Shown in pieces: positions 62,204-64,000 of a DNA stretch of 64,000 nucleotides (the first letter of the stretch is position 1; the number at the start of each line of letters is the position of its first letter). The position numbers and the translations under genes are program-made. The notes under the pieces are model-generated. The model had not been told where the DNA came from. It worked only from the letters and a program-made list of their open reading frames with translations, and made no database searches. The DNA comes from Microthyrium microscopicum. Its lineage: Eukaryota. The stretch covers positions 1,619,784 through 1,683,783 of the forward strand of contig MU004231.1 in the NCBI GenBank assembly GCA_010405405.1. Direction: 5' to 3'.

Positions 62204-63827
62204 TTACCCTTGCACTTCTTTCGCTAGATTCTTGCTGTCTGGATCTACCCGAACTTGCTCCACCTCCTCGCTGCTACTGGAATCGCTGAAACTAACGCGT
62301 TGTTTCTGTTTGATCTCCCTATCGTGCAGATACTTTGTGAGGAACGCCGTCGCGATCAGCAAAGCCGAGATGAAGGAAATAGTAATGAATCCCTTCTGGT
62401 ACTTCGGTGCGTCCACTTGTTGCCAGACGATAAGTGGCAGCCAGGCTTGAAGCACATAAGCCATCTCGTTCATGCTCCCCACAACAATGGCCCGTTCCTC
62501 ATTGTCATTTGAGCAGATCTCATTGCCCCATCTAAAACACTATTAGCATCAATTCACATATAAACCAACTGGGTAACAACTTACGCCATAATCAACCCCG
62601 AAAGCCCACCACCCATTCCCCCTAAAATATAGCATGCCCAATGCCAACCAGTCGGTATATCCCAATAAGCCAACGAAGCAGCCGTGACAATATTCCAAAC
62701 CGCACCCCACACAATCGGCGGCCACCGCGCCCCTCTCAGCACACCATCCGACATCCACGCATAGATCAGCGTCGACACCACCTGCACCGCATTCGTCGTC
62801 GTCGGATACGTATTAATCTGGCTCACACTATACTTTGGTTTTTTCGACGCCTTCAACCACTGCGCAAACACCGGTGCCGCGCCCTGTCCGCCATTGTTAA
62901 ACGTCACATATAGTAATGTCAACACATAAATATGCCACGAGCTAAAGATTTTGCGGATTTTCGCCCATGTGTATGGTTCACGTCCTTTGCGGCCTTCCAG
63001 CTGGACGCGGCGCTGGGCGAAGGCGATTTCTGGTTTGGTGAGGTAGAAGGCGCGTGTGGTCTCGGGTACGTCGGGTAGTAGGATGAAGCCTAGGAGTGCG
63101 ACGGGTAGGGAGATTGTGCCGTCGACTATGAAGAGCCATTGCCAGCCTTTGAAACCGCCTATGCCGCCGAGGTGGTAGACGCCGGCCATGAGATAGCCGG
63201 AGAACATGGTGGCGAGGGCGCTGGAGGTGTGGAAGATGCATGCTCGTTTGGCGAGCTCGTCTTTTCTATACCAGGAACCTGTGGGAGTTGTTAGCATTTT
63301 GGAGGGCGTTAAGGGGGTTGGGGAGAGTTGCCTATGAGGTATTGCATGCCGGGGTAGAAGGTGCTTTCGGCGAGACCGACGAAGAAGCGGATGATGTATA
63401 TTGTCTTTGCAGAGTCGGCGCGGCATAAGCTGAATGTGAGGACGGCCCATATCACCTCCATGGCAGGAATCCATATGGATGGCCGGACGCGTGTGAGTAC
63501 CATATTGCTTGGTATTTGGCCGATGACATAGCCGACTGTCCAGGCAGTTTGCATGTAGTTGAGCTCGTTGCCATAGAGCCCAAGATCTTCTTTCATACCT
63601 GAGACGAAAGCATTGTTGATGTTGGCCTGGTCAAGGTACTTGATGAAGTAACCAAGCGACGCAAAGGTCAAAATAGCAGCGTCGAGCTTGAACAAGAACT
63701 TTCGCTCTTCTGGAGACTTATCAAAAGTATCCCAGATCAGACCTGTCCATTTTTTAGGAGTTTCCACGGGTACTATCTCTTCAGCATGGTGCTTGACAAC
63801 CTCCTCATCGGGAGCACTTTTTGCCAT
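62204..63827 (-). CDS. MFS transporter of the allantoate/pantothenate (Liz1/Fen2/Seo1-like) family
   Basis: KLDAAILT, KYLDQANINNAFVSGMKEDL, GQIPSN, GSWY...ELAKR and GWQWLFI. Introns ~63279-63331 and ~62533-62585. Confidence 0.92.
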
Positions 63828-64000
63828 GGTGTCAGTGACGGGTTGGTATAAATGAGAAGAGGTGCCAGAGTGCCGGAAGGGCAGATGCAAGAGCAGCGTA
63901 TTTGACCATAAGCTTAACCGCTTTATACCAGAAAAGATCGCTGGAACCATTGTACTAATTGGTTTTCAAGTGTGGAGGATCCTGCTCAAGGACGTTTTAG

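Overview
Genomic DNA of a filamentous ascomycete (Pezizomycotina-type): short 50-60 bp spliceosomal introns, HET-domain genes, and AT/TpA-rich transposon relics with a repeat-induced point mutation (RIP) signature. (1) 1-6.1 kb: a RIP-inactivated DUF6589/Academ-like element and a complete 3.3-kb DD34E Tc1/IS630-type transposon. A second, divergent family member lies at 53.1-56.5 kb, and both carry a conserved second gene convergent with the transposase. (2) 9.1-25.2 kb: a compact seven-gene cluster with no PKS/NRPS/terpene backbone: P450, Zn2Cys6 regulator, MATE exporter, APC amine permease, signal-peptide ureohydrolase, HRI1-family protein and copper amine oxidase. It looks like a dedicated guanidino/amine-compound pathway and is the best candidate for an undescribed system. 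(3) 26-42.8 kb: accessory genes (GPI protein, orphans, an FAD monooxygenase/questin-oxidase divergent pair, and tandem four-TM glycoproteins next to a HET gene). (4) 43.6-64 kb: mostly housekeeping genes (Cdc12 septin, PWP2, ketopantoate reductase, fatty-acid elongase, APC permease, MFS pantothenate-type transporter), plus a five-exon membrane/F-box-like gene interrupted by one in-frame TAG. All gene models and family calls come from manual reading and motif recall, not database searches.
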